DNA of 26,858 nt, taken from assembly GCF_004010195.1 (NCBI RefSeq), contig NC_057717.1, positions 107,095,474-107,122,331 on the forward strand, in the 5' to 3' direction. A program made the position numbers and the translations under genes. Shown here one piece after another: positions 8,751 through 22,300 of this stretch. The number at the start of each line of letters is the position of its first letter. Within the stretch, counting starts at the first letter, position 1. The DNA is from Chiloscyllium plagiosum (lineage: Eukaryota). Under the pieces are notes generated by a model. It saw only the letters and a program-made list of their open reading frames with translations, had not been told where the DNA came from and searched no databases.

Positions 8751-9771
8751 GACACACTGCCTCACACTGGGGTACAGTCCTGCACACACTGCCTCACACT
8801 GGGGTACAGCCCTGCACACACTGACTCTCACTGGGGTACAGTCCTGCACACACTGCCTCACACTGGGGTACAGTCCTGCACACACTGCCTCACACTGGGG
8901 TACAGTCCTGCACACACTGCCTCACACTGGGGTACAGTCCTGCACACACTGCCTCACACTGGGGTACAGTCCTGCACACACTGCCTCACACTGGGGTACA
9001 GTCCTGCACACACTGCCTCACACTGGGGTACAGTCCTGCACACACTGCCTCACACTGGGGTACAGTCCTGCACACACTGCCTCACACTGGGGTACAGTCC
9101 TGCACACACTGCCTCACACTGGGGTACAGTCCTGCACACACTGCCTCACACTGGGGTACAGTCCTGCACACACTGCCTCACACTGGGGTACAGTCCTGCA
9201 CACACTGCCTCACACTGGGGTACAGTCCTGCACACACTGCCTCACACTGGGGTACAGTCCTGCACACACTGCCTCACACTGGGGTACAGTCCTGCACACA
9301 CTGCCTCACACTGGGGTACAGTCCTGCACACACTGCCTCACACTGGGGTACAGTCCTGCACACACTGCCTCACACTGGGGTACAGTCCTGCACACACTGC
9401 CTCACACTGGGGTACAGTCCTGCACACACTGCCTCACACTGGGGTACAGTCCTGCACACACTGCCTCACACTGGGGTACAGTCCTGCACACACTGCCTCA
9501 CACTGGGGTACAGTCCTGCACACACTGCCTCACACTGGGGTACAGTCCTGCACACACTGCCTCACACTGGGGTACAGTCCTGCACACACTGCCTCACACT
9601 GGGGTACAGTCCTGCACACACTGCCTCACACTGGGGTACAGTCCTGCACACACTGCCTCACACTGGGGTACAGTCCTGCACACACTGCCTCACACTGGGG
9701 TACAGTCCTGCACACACTGCCTCACACTGGGGTACAGTCCTGCACACACTGCCTCACACTGGGGTACAGCC
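8751..9771. repeat. Near-perfect 32-bp minisatellite (CACTGCCTCACACTGGGGTACAGTCCTGCACA)n, ~32 copies
   Basis: Sequence lines recur exactly every 480 nt (15 x 32); variants only in the first few and last units. Confidence 0.97.
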
Positions 9772-10082
9772 CACTGACTCTCACTGGGGGATGGATCCCA
9801 TAACACTGACTCTCACTGGGGGATGGATCCCATAACAATGACTCTCACTGGGGGATGGACCCCATAACAATGACTCTCACTGGGGGATGGATCCCATAAC
9901 ACTGACTCTCACTGGGGGACGGACCCCATAACACTGACTCTCACTGGGGGATGGGCCCCATAACACACTGACTCTCACTGGGGGATGGATCCCATAACAT
10001 TGGCTTTCATTGGGGGATGGATCCCATAACATTGACTCTCACTGGGGGATGGATCCCATAACAATGACTCTCACTGGGGTAC
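9772..10082. repeat. 32-bp minisatellite variant (CACTGACTCTCACTGGGGGATGGATCCCATAA)n, ~9-10 copies
   Basis: Direct repeats sharing the CTGACTCTCACTGGGG core with the neighbouring arrays; each contains the GGGAT-GG-ATCCC palindrome. Confidence 0.92.
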
Positions 10083-10129
10083 ATTGAACAAGTCGTGGAT
10101 TAGCGTGTACTGTGAGGTGGTTACTCCAC

Positions 10130-13100
10130 AGGTGAACACTGAAAAGGAAGAAAGGGTATGGGTGAAACCCAGATAGAGTAGAGAATGCTAGATAGTGCAG
10201 GAATCCCCTGTAGCTATCTCCCCTCTCCTTTCTAACAGATAGCATGTTATGGATATTGTTGGGGAGGATGTCTATGCAAGGAATGCAGTTGGCAGCCAGC
10301 TTCCTGGCACCATGGGTGAGTCTGCTATGTAGGACAGGAGGAAGAAGAATGGCAGAGCTGCAGTGGTAGGGGATTCAATTGGAAGGAGAACAGGTAAGTG
10401 TTTCTGTGACCGCAAAAGAGATTCCTGGATGGTATTTTGCCTAAAATGTCACTGAATGCTCACAGGGCCAAGGCAAACAGATGATGGTGCATTTCAGTAA
10501 CAATGACATAGGTAGAAAAGTGGGACGAGATCCTGAAAGCTGAATTTAGGGAGCTAGGAAGTAAATTAAAGAACAGGACGCAAAAGCTAGTAATCTCTGG
10601 ATTATTCCCAGTGCCACGTGCAAGTGACTGTCAAAATGAGAAGTTAATCCAGATGAATGCGTAGCTGGAGAGATGGTGCAGGATTTCTGGAACATCAGAA
10701 CTGTTTTAAAGGTTGTTGGGACCTGTACAAGGTGGACAAGTTGTGTTTGAGACAGAACGGGACTAGTGTCCTTGCAGGTAGGTTTGCTTGTGCTGTTGGG
10801 GAGGATTTAAACTAATTTAGTTTGGTTGGTTTGTTGCTTTTCAAAGAGAAGGTTCAGTGGAGGAGCTGATTAGCCAAATTAGAAGAGACAGCAATGATAT
10901 GTTACTTAAGGCACAAGGGAGTTAGGCCGGGTTGAATGGTATTTAATTTAATGCCAGGTGTCTAGCAAATAAAGAGATTAGTTGAGGGCACAAATTTAAA
11001 AATGGGAGTATGATGTCTACACGTTGGGAGAGATCAGCTCCCACAACAGTTTCAGAGAAATAGATGAAGAGCTATGTAGGCAAAGTTTAGGTATTAAAGT
11101 AATAGGGTGAGAATAGGGCATTTCAACTTGCCCAACATTAACTGGCATAGTCAGTGTGTGAAAGGTTTATAACGAAGGGAATTCTTAAAAGGCATCTAGC
11201 AGAGCTGTTTAAGCCAGTGTGTAGAAGGCCGTACATGAGAGAGGGCAGTCCTGGGCTTGGTTTTAGGTGATGAAGGTGGGAAACTGGGTATCAGTGATGA
11301 AGTATTTCACAAACAGCTTTCACAACTCCATTAGACTCAATTGTAACGGACAAGGTCAAGGATGGGCCTGAAATCAAAGTTCTCAACTGGGAGAAAGCTG
11401 ATTTTAATAAGATCAGATATGGTTTGGCCAAAGGGGAATGGGAGCAGATACTACCAGGTAAAGTTGTCTAAGAACATTCAAATTAGGACATCGGGAGAAT
11501 AGAAGGCCATCATGCTACAATAAAGGCAAAGGGTGGAATCATCAAATCCAGTCAACTCTGGATATTGAGGGATGCACAGCATTAGGTTAAGGCAAGGCTC
11601 AAAGTTACTTAAGTCCCAGAGGAGTACAGAATGTGCAAGGGGGAACTTAAAAAGATTAGGAGAGCTAAAAGGGAATATGAAAGGATATTGGGCAGATAAA
11701 ATAAAGAAAAATCCTATACTGTTTTACAGGTACCTTAAGAATAAAAGGATAACAAGGGCAAGAGTCAGGACATTAAGAACTACAGTAGTAATTTCCTGTG
11801 GACGCAGAGGATGTAGGTTCAATTCTAAATGGATACTTTTTGTAAGTGTTCACTAGTGAGAGGAACAATATGGGAATAGAAATCAGGGAGGGAGGTTTGT
11901 GATACAATTAAAGAAATTAGGATATAGAGGAAATTCTCAGTGGTCTGACAGACCTAAAAGTAGATGAACATCCAGGAGCAGATAAAATATATCCCAGGTT
12001 GTTGACTGGGACAAGAGAGGAAACAGCAGGGACACTTGTAAAAGTTTCTATTTCCTCTCAGGCCACAGGAGAAGTGCCAGAGAAGTGAAGGACAGTCAAT
12101 GTGGTACCATAATTCAAGAAGTGAGCAAGGGATTATTGTGATTGCAATGAGGCCAGGCAGGTGGATATCATAGATTGTGAATTCCCTGTTTGGGGCTGAC
12201 AGATAATAAGCAGGAATGTGAGAGGTTCTGTTCACTCTGAGAGCTGGCTCTGAGGGAGCTGGATCAGTGTCAAGGTCTCTCCATGTGTAAATAAAGGGGG
12301 ACATGATGATGGGATTACAGCTTCTCTAGAGTTATTTCAGGAATAAACCAGGAAACCAAAGACTAGTCAGTCTAATTTCAGTAGTGGGGAAACTATTGGA
12401 AGCAATTCTGAGAGACAGAATTCATTTGCATTTGGAGAACAGAGATTAATCAAGAACAGTCATCATGTTTTTTTAAGGGGAGGCCAAGTCTGACCAACCT
12501 GATTAGGTTTTTCAAAGAGGTGACCAGGGCAATGCTTCAGGTATGGTTTACTTGCACTTTAGCAAGGGTTTTGATAAGGTCCCATATGGGAGACGGATAG
12601 CAAAGATAAGAGCTCATGGGATCCAAGGAAATTTGTCCAATGGGATCCAAACTCGGCTGAGTGACAGGAAGCAGAGGATGATGGTTGAGGGATATTTTTC
12701 CGACTGGAAGTTGTGTCCAGTGAAGTCCCACAAGCAGTTAGTATTGGGGTCCTTGTTGTTTGTGGTTGAGATAAGTGACTTAGACTTGAATGCAGGAGGG
12801 TTATCAGTAAGTTTGCATATGATACAAAAATTGGGGGGAGGGTTGGTAAATAGTGAGGAAGATAGCCTTAGACTACATGGGGAGGTAAATGAGCTGGTTA
12901 GATGAGCTGATAAGTAGGAAATGGAGTTTGATCCGTATAAATATGAAGAGATGCACTTGGGCAGGACAAATTACACAAGGGAATGCATGATGAACAGTTG
13001 GACCATGAGAAGCACCGAGAATCTGAGCAAACCTTGATATGGATATACACACCAGTCCCTTAAGATATCAGGACAGTTAGGTAAAGTGGTTAAAGAAGGG

Positions 13101-13200
13101 ATGCTTGCCTTTATTAGCCAAGGAATAGGGTTGAAGAGCAGGTTATGCTGGAATTGTATAAACTGCTGGTTAGGCCACAGTGAGGGCACTACACGCAGTT
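10130..13200 (+). mobile_element. Degenerate CR1-clade LINE with ORF1 (SGNH/GDSL esterase-like) and ORF2 (APE endonuclease, reverse transcriptase) remnants
   Basis: ORF1 remnants: AVVGDSIG (~10357-10383), SNNDIG (~10496-10513), VISGLFPVPRA (~10589-10621). ORF2 remnants: FNARCLANK (~10947), HFNLPNINW (GDFN-like, ~11119), YLHFSKGFDKVPY (RT motif D-F-x-K-A-F-D, ~12549), KFAYDTKIG (FADD-like, ~12809). Many stops, frameshifts and deletions; 3' end lost at the satellite. Confidence 0.9.
12137..12339 (+). mobile_element. Probable solo LTR (~200 bp) inserted into the CR1 ORF2
   Basis: TG...CA termini (TGTGATTG...TTATTTCA) and internal AATAAA (~12290). It interrupts the CR1 FKK...(D/N)KPGN-x-R-x-VSL motif, which resumes at GGAATAAACCAGGAAAC. 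The TSD is not clean (GGATTA/GGAATA). Confidence 0.6.
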
Positions 13201-13247
13201 CCAGAATCCATATCAGAGGAGTTAAGGGGTTATATATGAGTGGCAAA

Positions 13248-15863
13248 AACACACATAGACTTTCACTGGGAAACAGTCTCATATACACTGTCTCCCACAA
13301 GGGTACAGTCTCACACACACTGACTCTCACTGGGGCACAGTCTCTCACACACTGTCTCTCACAGGGGTACAGTCTCAAACACACTGACTCCCACTGGGGT
13401 ATAGTCTCACACACACTGTCTCTCACACAGGGGTACAGTCTCACACACTGACTCTCACTGTGGTACAGTCCCCACACACGCTGACTCTCACTGGGGTACA
13501 GTCACACACACTGACTCTCACAGGGGTACAGTCTCACACACACTGACTCTCACAGGGATACAGTCTCACACACGCTGACTCTCACTGGGGTACAGTCTCT
13601 CACACACTGACCCTCACTGGGGCACTGCTCCCACACACACTGACTCTCACTGGGAAACAGTCTCACACACATTGACTCTCACTGGGATTCAGTTCCACAC
13701 ACACTGATTCTCTCTGGGATACAGACCCCACACACCGACTCTCACTGGGTTACAGTCTCATACACACTGGTTCTCTCTGGGATACAGACCTCACACACCA
13801 ACTCTCACTGGGATACATTCTCAAAAACACCGACTCTCACTGGGATACAATCCCACACACACTGACACTCACTGGGATACAGTCCGCTACATACTCACTC
13901 TCAGTGCGATATAGTCACTCACACACTGACTCTCAGTGGGATTCAGTTCCACACACACTGACTCTCACTGGGATACAGTCTCGTACACACTTACTCTCAC
14001 TGGGATACAGTCTCACACACACTGACTCTCACTGGGATACAGCTCCCACACATACTCTCTCTCACTGGGGTACATTCCCACACACACGGACTCTCACTGG
14101 GGTACAGCTCCCACACACACTGACTCTCACTGGGGTACAGCTCCCACACACACTAACTCTCCGTGGGATACAGTCCTGCATACACTGACTCTCACTGGGA
14201 TACAGTCACACACACGCTGACTCTCACTGGGGTAAAGTCTCTCACACACTGACTCTCACTGGGGTACAGCTCCCTCATACACTGATTCTCATTGGGATAC
14301 AGTCGCACGCACACTGTCTCTCGCTGTGGTACAGTCCCACACACGCTGACTCTCACTGAGATACAGTCACACACAATGACTTTCACTGTGGTACAGTCCC
14401 CACACACACTGACTCTCACTGGGGTACAGTCTCTCAGACACTGTCTCTCACAGGGGTACAGTCTCACACACTGACTCTCACAGGGGTACAGTCTCACACA
14501 CACTGACTCTCACTGTGATACAGTCACACACACTGACTCTCACTGTGGTACAGTCCCCACACACACTGACTCTCACTGGGGGACAGTCTCTCACACACTG
14601 ACTCTCACTGGGGTACAGACTCTCACACACTGACTCTCACTGGGCTACAGTTCCCACACAGACATTGACTCTCACTGGGGCACTACTCCCACACACACTA
14701 ACTCTCACTGGGGTACAGCTCCCACACAGACAGACTCTCACTGGGGCACTGCTCCCACACACATTGACTCTCACTGGGATACAGTCTCATACACACTGAC
14801 TCTCACTGGGAAACAGTCTCACACACACTCACTTTCACAGGGATACAGCTCCCACACACACTCTCTCTCACTGGGGTACACTCCCACAGACACTGCCTCC
14901 CACTGGGGTACACCTCCAACACACAAGGAATCTCACTGGGGTACAGCTCCCACACACACACTGACTCTCACTGTGTTACAGCTCCCACACACACTAACCT
15001 CAGTTGGATACAGTCCCGCATACACTGACTCTCACTGGGATACATCAAACACATTGACTCCCACTGGGGTACAGCTCCCTCATACACTGACTCTCATTGG
15101 GATACAGTCGCACGCACACTGTCTCTCACTGTGGTACAGTCCCACACACGCTGACTCTCACTGAGAGACAGTCACACACACTGACTCTCACTGGGTTACA
15201 GTCACACACACCAATTCTCACAGGGATACAGTCGCACACACACACTGACTCTCTCTGGGATACAGTCCCACACACACTGACTCTCACTGGGATACAGTTC
15301 CACACACACTGTCTCTCACGGGGATACAGCTCCCACACACACTGTCTCTCACTGGGGTACACATCCCACACACATTGACTCTCACTGGGGTATACCCCCA
15401 CACACACTGACTCTCTCTGGGATACAGTCCCACACACACTGACTCTCACTGGGATACAGTTCCACACACACTAACTCTCACTGGGATACAGTTCTACACA
15501 CACTAACTCTCACTGGGATACAGTTCTACATACACTGATTCTCACTGGGATACAGCTCCCACACACACTGACTCTCACTGGGGTACACAATCCCACACAC
15601 ACTGACTCTCACTAGGGTACACTTTGACACACACTGACTCTCACTGGGGTACACTCCCACACACACTGACTCTCACTGGGATACAGTCCCATACTCACTG
15701 ACTCTCACTGGGGTACACAATCCCACACACACTGACTCTCACTAGGGTACACTTTGACACACACTGACTCTCACTGGGAAACAGTCTCACACACATTGAC
15801 TCTCACTGGGATTCAGTTCCACACACTTTCACTCTCACTGGGATACAGTCTCATACACACTGA
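13248..15863. repeat. Heterogeneous ~31-35-bp minisatellite (CACACACTGACTCTCACTGGGRTACAGTCYC)n, ~80 copies, running into the gap
   Basis: Direct repeats with variable (CA)n tract length and many point variants. Confidence 0.95.
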
Positions 15864-16363
15864 NNNNNNNNNNNNNNNNNNNNNNNNNNNNNNNNNNNNN
15901 NNNNNNNNNNNNNNNNNNNNNNNNNNNNNNNNNNNNNNNNNNNNNNNNNNNNNNNNNNNNNNNNNNNNNNNNNNNNNNNNNNNNNNNNNNNNNNNNNNNN
16001 NNNNNNNNNNNNNNNNNNNNNNNNNNNNNNNNNNNNNNNNNNNNNNNNNNNNNNNNNNNNNNNNNNNNNNNNNNNNNNNNNNNNNNNNNNNNNNNNNNNN
16101 NNNNNNNNNNNNNNNNNNNNNNNNNNNNNNNNNNNNNNNNNNNNNNNNNNNNNNNNNNNNNNNNNNNNNNNNNNNNNNNNNNNNNNNNNNNNNNNNNNNN
16201 NNNNNNNNNNNNNNNNNNNNNNNNNNNNNNNNNNNNNNNNNNNNNNNNNNNNNNNNNNNNNNNNNNNNNNNNNNNNNNNNNNNNNNNNNNNNNNNNNNNN
16301 NNNNNNNNNNNNNNNNNNNNNNNNNNNNNNNNNNNNNNNNNNNNNNNNNNNNNNNNNNNNNNN
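15864..16363. other. Assembly gap (exactly 500 N)
   Basis: Run of N; the round length implies a placeholder of unknown true size. Confidence 0.99.
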
Positions 16364-19300
16364 CACTGATCCTGTACTGTACACGGGGCAGTGTTATCAG
16401 GGTTCGGGGGAATATACTGATCCTGTACTGTACACAGCACAGTGTTATCAGGGTAAAGGGGAAATACACTGATCCTGTACTGTACACAGGGCAGTGTTAT
16501 CAGGGTAAAGGGGGAATACACTGATCCTCATCAGGGTAAAGGGGGAATTATACTGTTCCTTTACTGTGCAGGGCAGTGTTATCAGGGTAAAGGGGAATAT
16601 ACAGATCCTATACTGTTCATAGGGCAATGTTATCAGGGTAAAGATGGAATATACTGATCCTGTACTGTACACAGGGCAGCGTTATCTGGGTGAAGGGGAA
16701 TATACGAATCCTGTAAAATACACAGAGCAGTGTTATTGGCCAGTAAAGGGGGAATATACTGATCATGTACTATAAACAGGACAATGTTATCAGGGTAAAG
16801 GGGGAATTTACTGATCCTTTACTGTATAGAGGGTAGTGTTATCAGGGTTAAGGGGAATATACTGATCCTGTACTGTACACAGAGCAGTGTTATCAGGGTA
16901 AAGGGGAATATACTGATCTTGTACTGTACACAAGCAATGTCATCAGGGTAAAGGGGGAATATACTGTTCCTTTACTGTGCAGGGCAGTGTTATCAGGGTA
17001 AAGGGGATTATACTGATCCTGTACTGTACACAGGGCAATGTTATCAGGGTAAAGTGGAATATACTGATGCTGTACTGTACACGGTGCAGTGTTATCTGGG
17101 TAAGGGGGAATATACTGATCCTGAATTGTACACAGGGCTGTGTTATCAGGGTAAAGGGGAATATTCTGACCTATATTGTAGACAGGGCAATGTTTTCAGG
17201 GTAAAGTGGGAATATACTGATCCTGTATTTTACGCAGGACAATGCTATCAGGGAAACGGGTGAATATACTGATTCTGCACTATACAGAGGCAACGTCATC
17301 AGGGTAAAGCGGGATATACTGATCCTGCACTGTACACAGGGTCGTGTTATCAGGGTAAAGGGGAATATACAGATCCTATACTGTTCATAGGGCAATGTTA
17401 TCAGGGTAAAGCTGGAATATACTGATCCTGTACTGCACACAGGGCAGTATTATCAGGATAAAGGGGGAATATACTGATCCTATACTGTACACCATACAGT
17501 GTTATCAGGGAGTAAAGGGAGAAAAAACTGACACTGTACTGTACACAGGGCAGTGTTATCAGGATAAAGCTGGAATATACTGATCCTGTACTGTACACAG
17601 GGCAGTGTTATCAGGGAGTAAAGAGAGAATATACTGATCCTGTACTGTACACAGGGTAGTGTTATCAGCATAAAGGAGAAATATACAGATTTTGTACTGT
17701 ACACAGCACGTGTTATCAGGGTAAAGAGAGTATACACTAATCCTGTACTGTACACAGCGCCGTGTTATCAGGATAAAGAGGGTATACACTGATCCTGTAC
17801 TGTACACAGGGCAGTGTTACCAGGGTAAAGCGGGATATGCTGATCCTGCACTGTACACAGGGCAGTGTTATCAGGGAGTAAAAAGGAATATACTGATCCT
17901 GTACTGTACACAGAGCAATGTTATCAGGGTAAAGGGGGAATATACTGATCCTGCACTGTACACAGGGCAGTGTTATCAGGGAGTAAAGGGGGAATATACT
18001 GATCCTGTACTGGACACAGGGCAGTGTTACCAGGATAAAGAGAGGATATACTGATCCTGCCCTGTACACAGGGCAATGTTATCAGGGTAAAGGGGGAATA
18101 TACTGCTCTTGTACTGTACACAGTGCAGTGTTATCAGTGCAAAGCGGGAATATACTGATCCTGCCCTGTACACACGGCAGTGTTATCAGGGTAAAGTGGG
18201 AATATACTGATCCTGTACTGTACACAGGGCAATGTTACCTGGATAAAGAGGGGACATACTGATCCTGCACTGTACACAGGGCAATGTTATCAGGGTAAAG
18301 GGGGAGTATACTGATCCTGTACTGTACACAGGGCAGTGTTATCAGGGTAAAGGGGGGATATACTGATCCTGTACTGTACAAAGCGCAGTGTTATCAGGGT
18401 TCAGGGGGAATATTCTGATCCTGTACTGTACACAGGGTAGTGTTATCAGGGTAAAGGGGGAATATACTGATTGTACTGTGCACAGAGCAATGTTATCACG
18501 GTAAAAGGGGAATATACTGATCCTGTACTGTACACAGGGCAATGTTATCAGGGTAAAGGCGGAATATACTGATCCTGTACTGTACACAGGGTAGTGTTAT
18601 CAGGATAAAGGGGGAATATACTGATCCTGCACTGTACACAGGAAAATGTTATCAGGGTAAAGTGGAATATACTGATCCTGTACTGTACACAGGGCAAAGT
18701 TATCAGGGTATAGAGGGAATATACTCATCCTGTACTGTACACAGGGCAGTGATATCAGTGTAAAGCGGGAATATACTGATCCAGCCCTGTATACAGGGCA
18801 ATGTTATCAGGGTAAAGGGGGAATATACCGATCCTGTACTGTACACAGGGCAGTGTTATCAGGATAAAGGGGGAATATACTGATCCTGCACTGTACACAG
18901 GGCAGTGTTATCTGGGTGACGGGGAATATACTGATCCTGTACTGTACACAGGGCAATGTTATCAGGGTATAGAGGGAATATACTGATCCTGCACTGTACA
19001 CAGGGCAGTGTTATCAGGGTAAAGCGGGAATATACTGATCCTGTACTGGACACAGGGCCGTGTTATCAGGGTAAAGGGGAATATACTGATCCTGTACTGT
19101 ACACAGGGCAGTGTTATCAGTGTAAAGGTGGAATATACTGATCTTGCACTGCACACAGGGCAGTGCTTTCCGGGAGTAAAGGGGGAATATACTGATCCTG
19201 TACTGTACACAGGGCAGTGTTATCAGGGTAAAGTGGAATATACAGTTCCTGTACAGTACACAGGGCAGTATTATCAGGATAAAGGGGGAATATACTGATT

Positions 19301-22300
19301 CTGTACTGTACACACGGCAGTGTTAACAGGGTAAAGTGGGAATATACTGATCCTGTACTGTAGACAGGGCAGTGTTATCAGATTAAAGAGGGAATATACT
19401 GATACTGTACTGTATGCAGAGCAGTGTTATCAGGGTTAAGAGGGAATATACTGATCCTGTTCTGTACACAGGGCCGTGTTATCAGGGTAAAGGGGAATAT
19501 ACTGATCCTGTACTGTACTCAGGGCAATTTTATCAGGGTAAAGCGCGAATATACAGATCTTGCACTGTACACAGGGCAATGTTATCAGGGTACAGGGGGA
19601 ATATACTTATCCTGCACTGTACACAGAGCAATGTTATCAGGGTAAAGAGGGAATATACTGATCCTGTACTGTACACAGGGCAGTGTTATCAGGGTAAACA
19701 GGGAATATACTGATCCTGTACTGTACACAGGGCAGTGTTATCAGGGTAAAGGGGGGATATACTGATCCTGCACTGTACACAGGGCAATGTTATCCGGGTA
19801 AAGGGGAATATACTGATCCTGTACTGTACACAGGGCAGTGTTATCTGGGTGAAGGGGAATATACTGATCCTGTACTGCATACAGGGCAATGTTATCAGGG
19901 TAAAGGGGGAATATACTGATCCTGTACTGTACACAGGACAATGTTACCAGGATAAAGAGGGGATATACTGATCCTGCACTGTACACAAGGCAATGTTATC
20001 AGGGTAAAGGGGGAGTATACTGATCCTCTCCTGTACACAGGGCAGTGTTATCAGGGTAAAGGGGGAATATACTGATCCTGTACTGTGCACAGAGCAATGT
20101 TATCAGGGTAAAAGGGGAATATGCTGATCCTGTACTGTACACAGGGCAGTGTTATCAGTTTAAACCGGGAATATACTGATCCAGCCCTGTATACAGGGCA
20201 ATGTTATCAGGGTAAAGGAGGAATATACTGATCCTGTACTGTACACAGGGCAGTGTTATCAGGATAAAGGGGGAATATACTGATCCTGCACTGTACACAG
20301 GACAATGTTATCAGGGTAAAGGGGGAATACACTGATCCTTACTGTACCCAGGGCAGTGTTATCAGGGTAAAGGAGGAATATACTGATCCTGTACTGTACA
20401 CAGCGCAGTGCTATCAGGGTTCAGGGGGAATATCCTGATCCTGTACTGAAAACAGAGAAATGTTATCAGGGTAAAGGGGGAATATACTGATCCTGTACTG
20501 TACACAGCATAGTGTTATCAGTGTAAAGCGGGAATATACTGATCCTGTACTGTACACACGGCAGTGTTATCTGGGTGAAGGGGAATATACGAATCCTGTA
20601 CTGTACACAGGGCAGTGATATTAGTGTAAAGCGGGAATATACTGATCCTGCACTGTACACAGGGCAATGTTATCAGGGTAAAGGGGGAATATACTGATCC
20701 TGAAATGTACACAGGGCAGTGTTATCAGGGTAAAGGGGAATATACTGACCTGTAGTGTACACAGGGCAATGTTATCAGGGTAAAGGGGGAATCTACTGAT
20801 CCTGTAATGTACACATGGCAGTGTCATCAGGGTAAAGAGGGAATATACTTATCCTGTAATGTACACAGGGCAGTGTTATCAGGGTAAAGGGGAATATACT
20901 GATCCTGTATTGTACACAGGGCAGTGTTATCAGCGTAAAGGGAATATACTGATCCTGTACTGTACACCGTACAGTGTTATCAGGGAGTAAAGGGGGAATA
21001 TACTGATCCTGTACTGTACACAGGGCAGTCTTATGAGGGTAAAGGGGAATATAGTGTTCCTGTACTGTACACAGGGCAATGTTACCAGGGTAAAGGGGGA
21101 ATTCACTGATCCTCTCCTGTACACAGGGCAGTGTTATCACGGTCAAGGTGGAATATTCTAATCCTGTACTGTACACAGGGCAGTGTTATCAGGGTAAAGG
21201 GGAAATATACAGATCCTGTTCTGTACGCAGGGCCGTGTTATCAGGGTAAAGGTGAATATACTGATCCTGTATTGTACACAGGGCAGTGTTATCAGGGTAA
21301 AGGTGGAATATACTGATTTTGTACTGTACACAGGGCAGTGTTATCAGGGAGTAAAGGGGGAATATACTGATCCTATACTGCACACAGGGCAGTATTATCA
21401 GGATAAAGGGGGAATATACTGATCCTGTACTGTACACATGGCAGTATTATCAGGATAAAGGGGGAATATACTGATCCTGTACTGTACACATGGCAGTGTT
21501 ATCAGGGTAAAGAGGGAATATACTGATCCTGTACTGTACACAGGGCAGTGTTATCAGGGTAAAGAGGGAATATACTGATCCTGTACTGTCCACAGGGCCG
21601 TGTTATCAGGGTAAAGGGGAATATACTGATCCTGTACTGTACACAGGGCAATGTTATCAAGGTAAAGGGGGAATATACTGATCCTGTACTGTACACAGGG
21701 CAGTGTTATCAGGATAAAGCTGCAATATACTGATCCTGCACTGTACACAGGACAATATTATCAGGGTAAAGTGGAATATACTGATCCTGTAATGTACACA
21801 GGGCAGTGTTATCTGGGTGACGGGGAATATACTGATCCTGTACTGTACACAGGGCAAAGTTATCAGGGTATAGAGGGAATATACTGATCCTGTACTGTAC
21901 ACAGGGCAGTGTTATCTGGGTGACGGGGAATATACTGATCCTGCACTGTACACAGGGCTGTGTTATCAGTGTAAAGCGGGAATATACTGATCCTGTACTG
22001 TACACAGGGCAGTGTTATCAGGATAAAGGGGGTATATACTGATCCTCTACTGTACACAGGGCAATGTTATCTGGGTGAAGGGGAATATACGAATCCTGTA
22101 CTGTACACAGGGCAGTGATATCAGTGTAAAGCAGGAATATACTGATCCTGCACTGTACACAGGGCAATGTTATCAGGGTAAAGGGGGAATATACTGATCC
22201 TGCACTGTACACAGGGCAGTGTTATCAGGGTAAAGAGGGAATATACTGATCCTGTACTGTATGCAGAGCAGTGTTATCAGGGTAAAGAGGGATTATACTG

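Noticed and set aside
8749..9777. 342-aa His/Thr/Cys-rich ORF
   Set aside because: Translation of a 32-bp tandem repeat, non-ATG start, no splice or domain evidence.
11572..12905. Functional reverse transcriptase gene
   Set aside because: Fragmented by stops, frameshifts and an insertion, with altered catalytic motifs (YLHFSKGFD, FAYD).
15754..16524. Long ORFs spanning the gap
   Set aside because: Artefacts of translating N.
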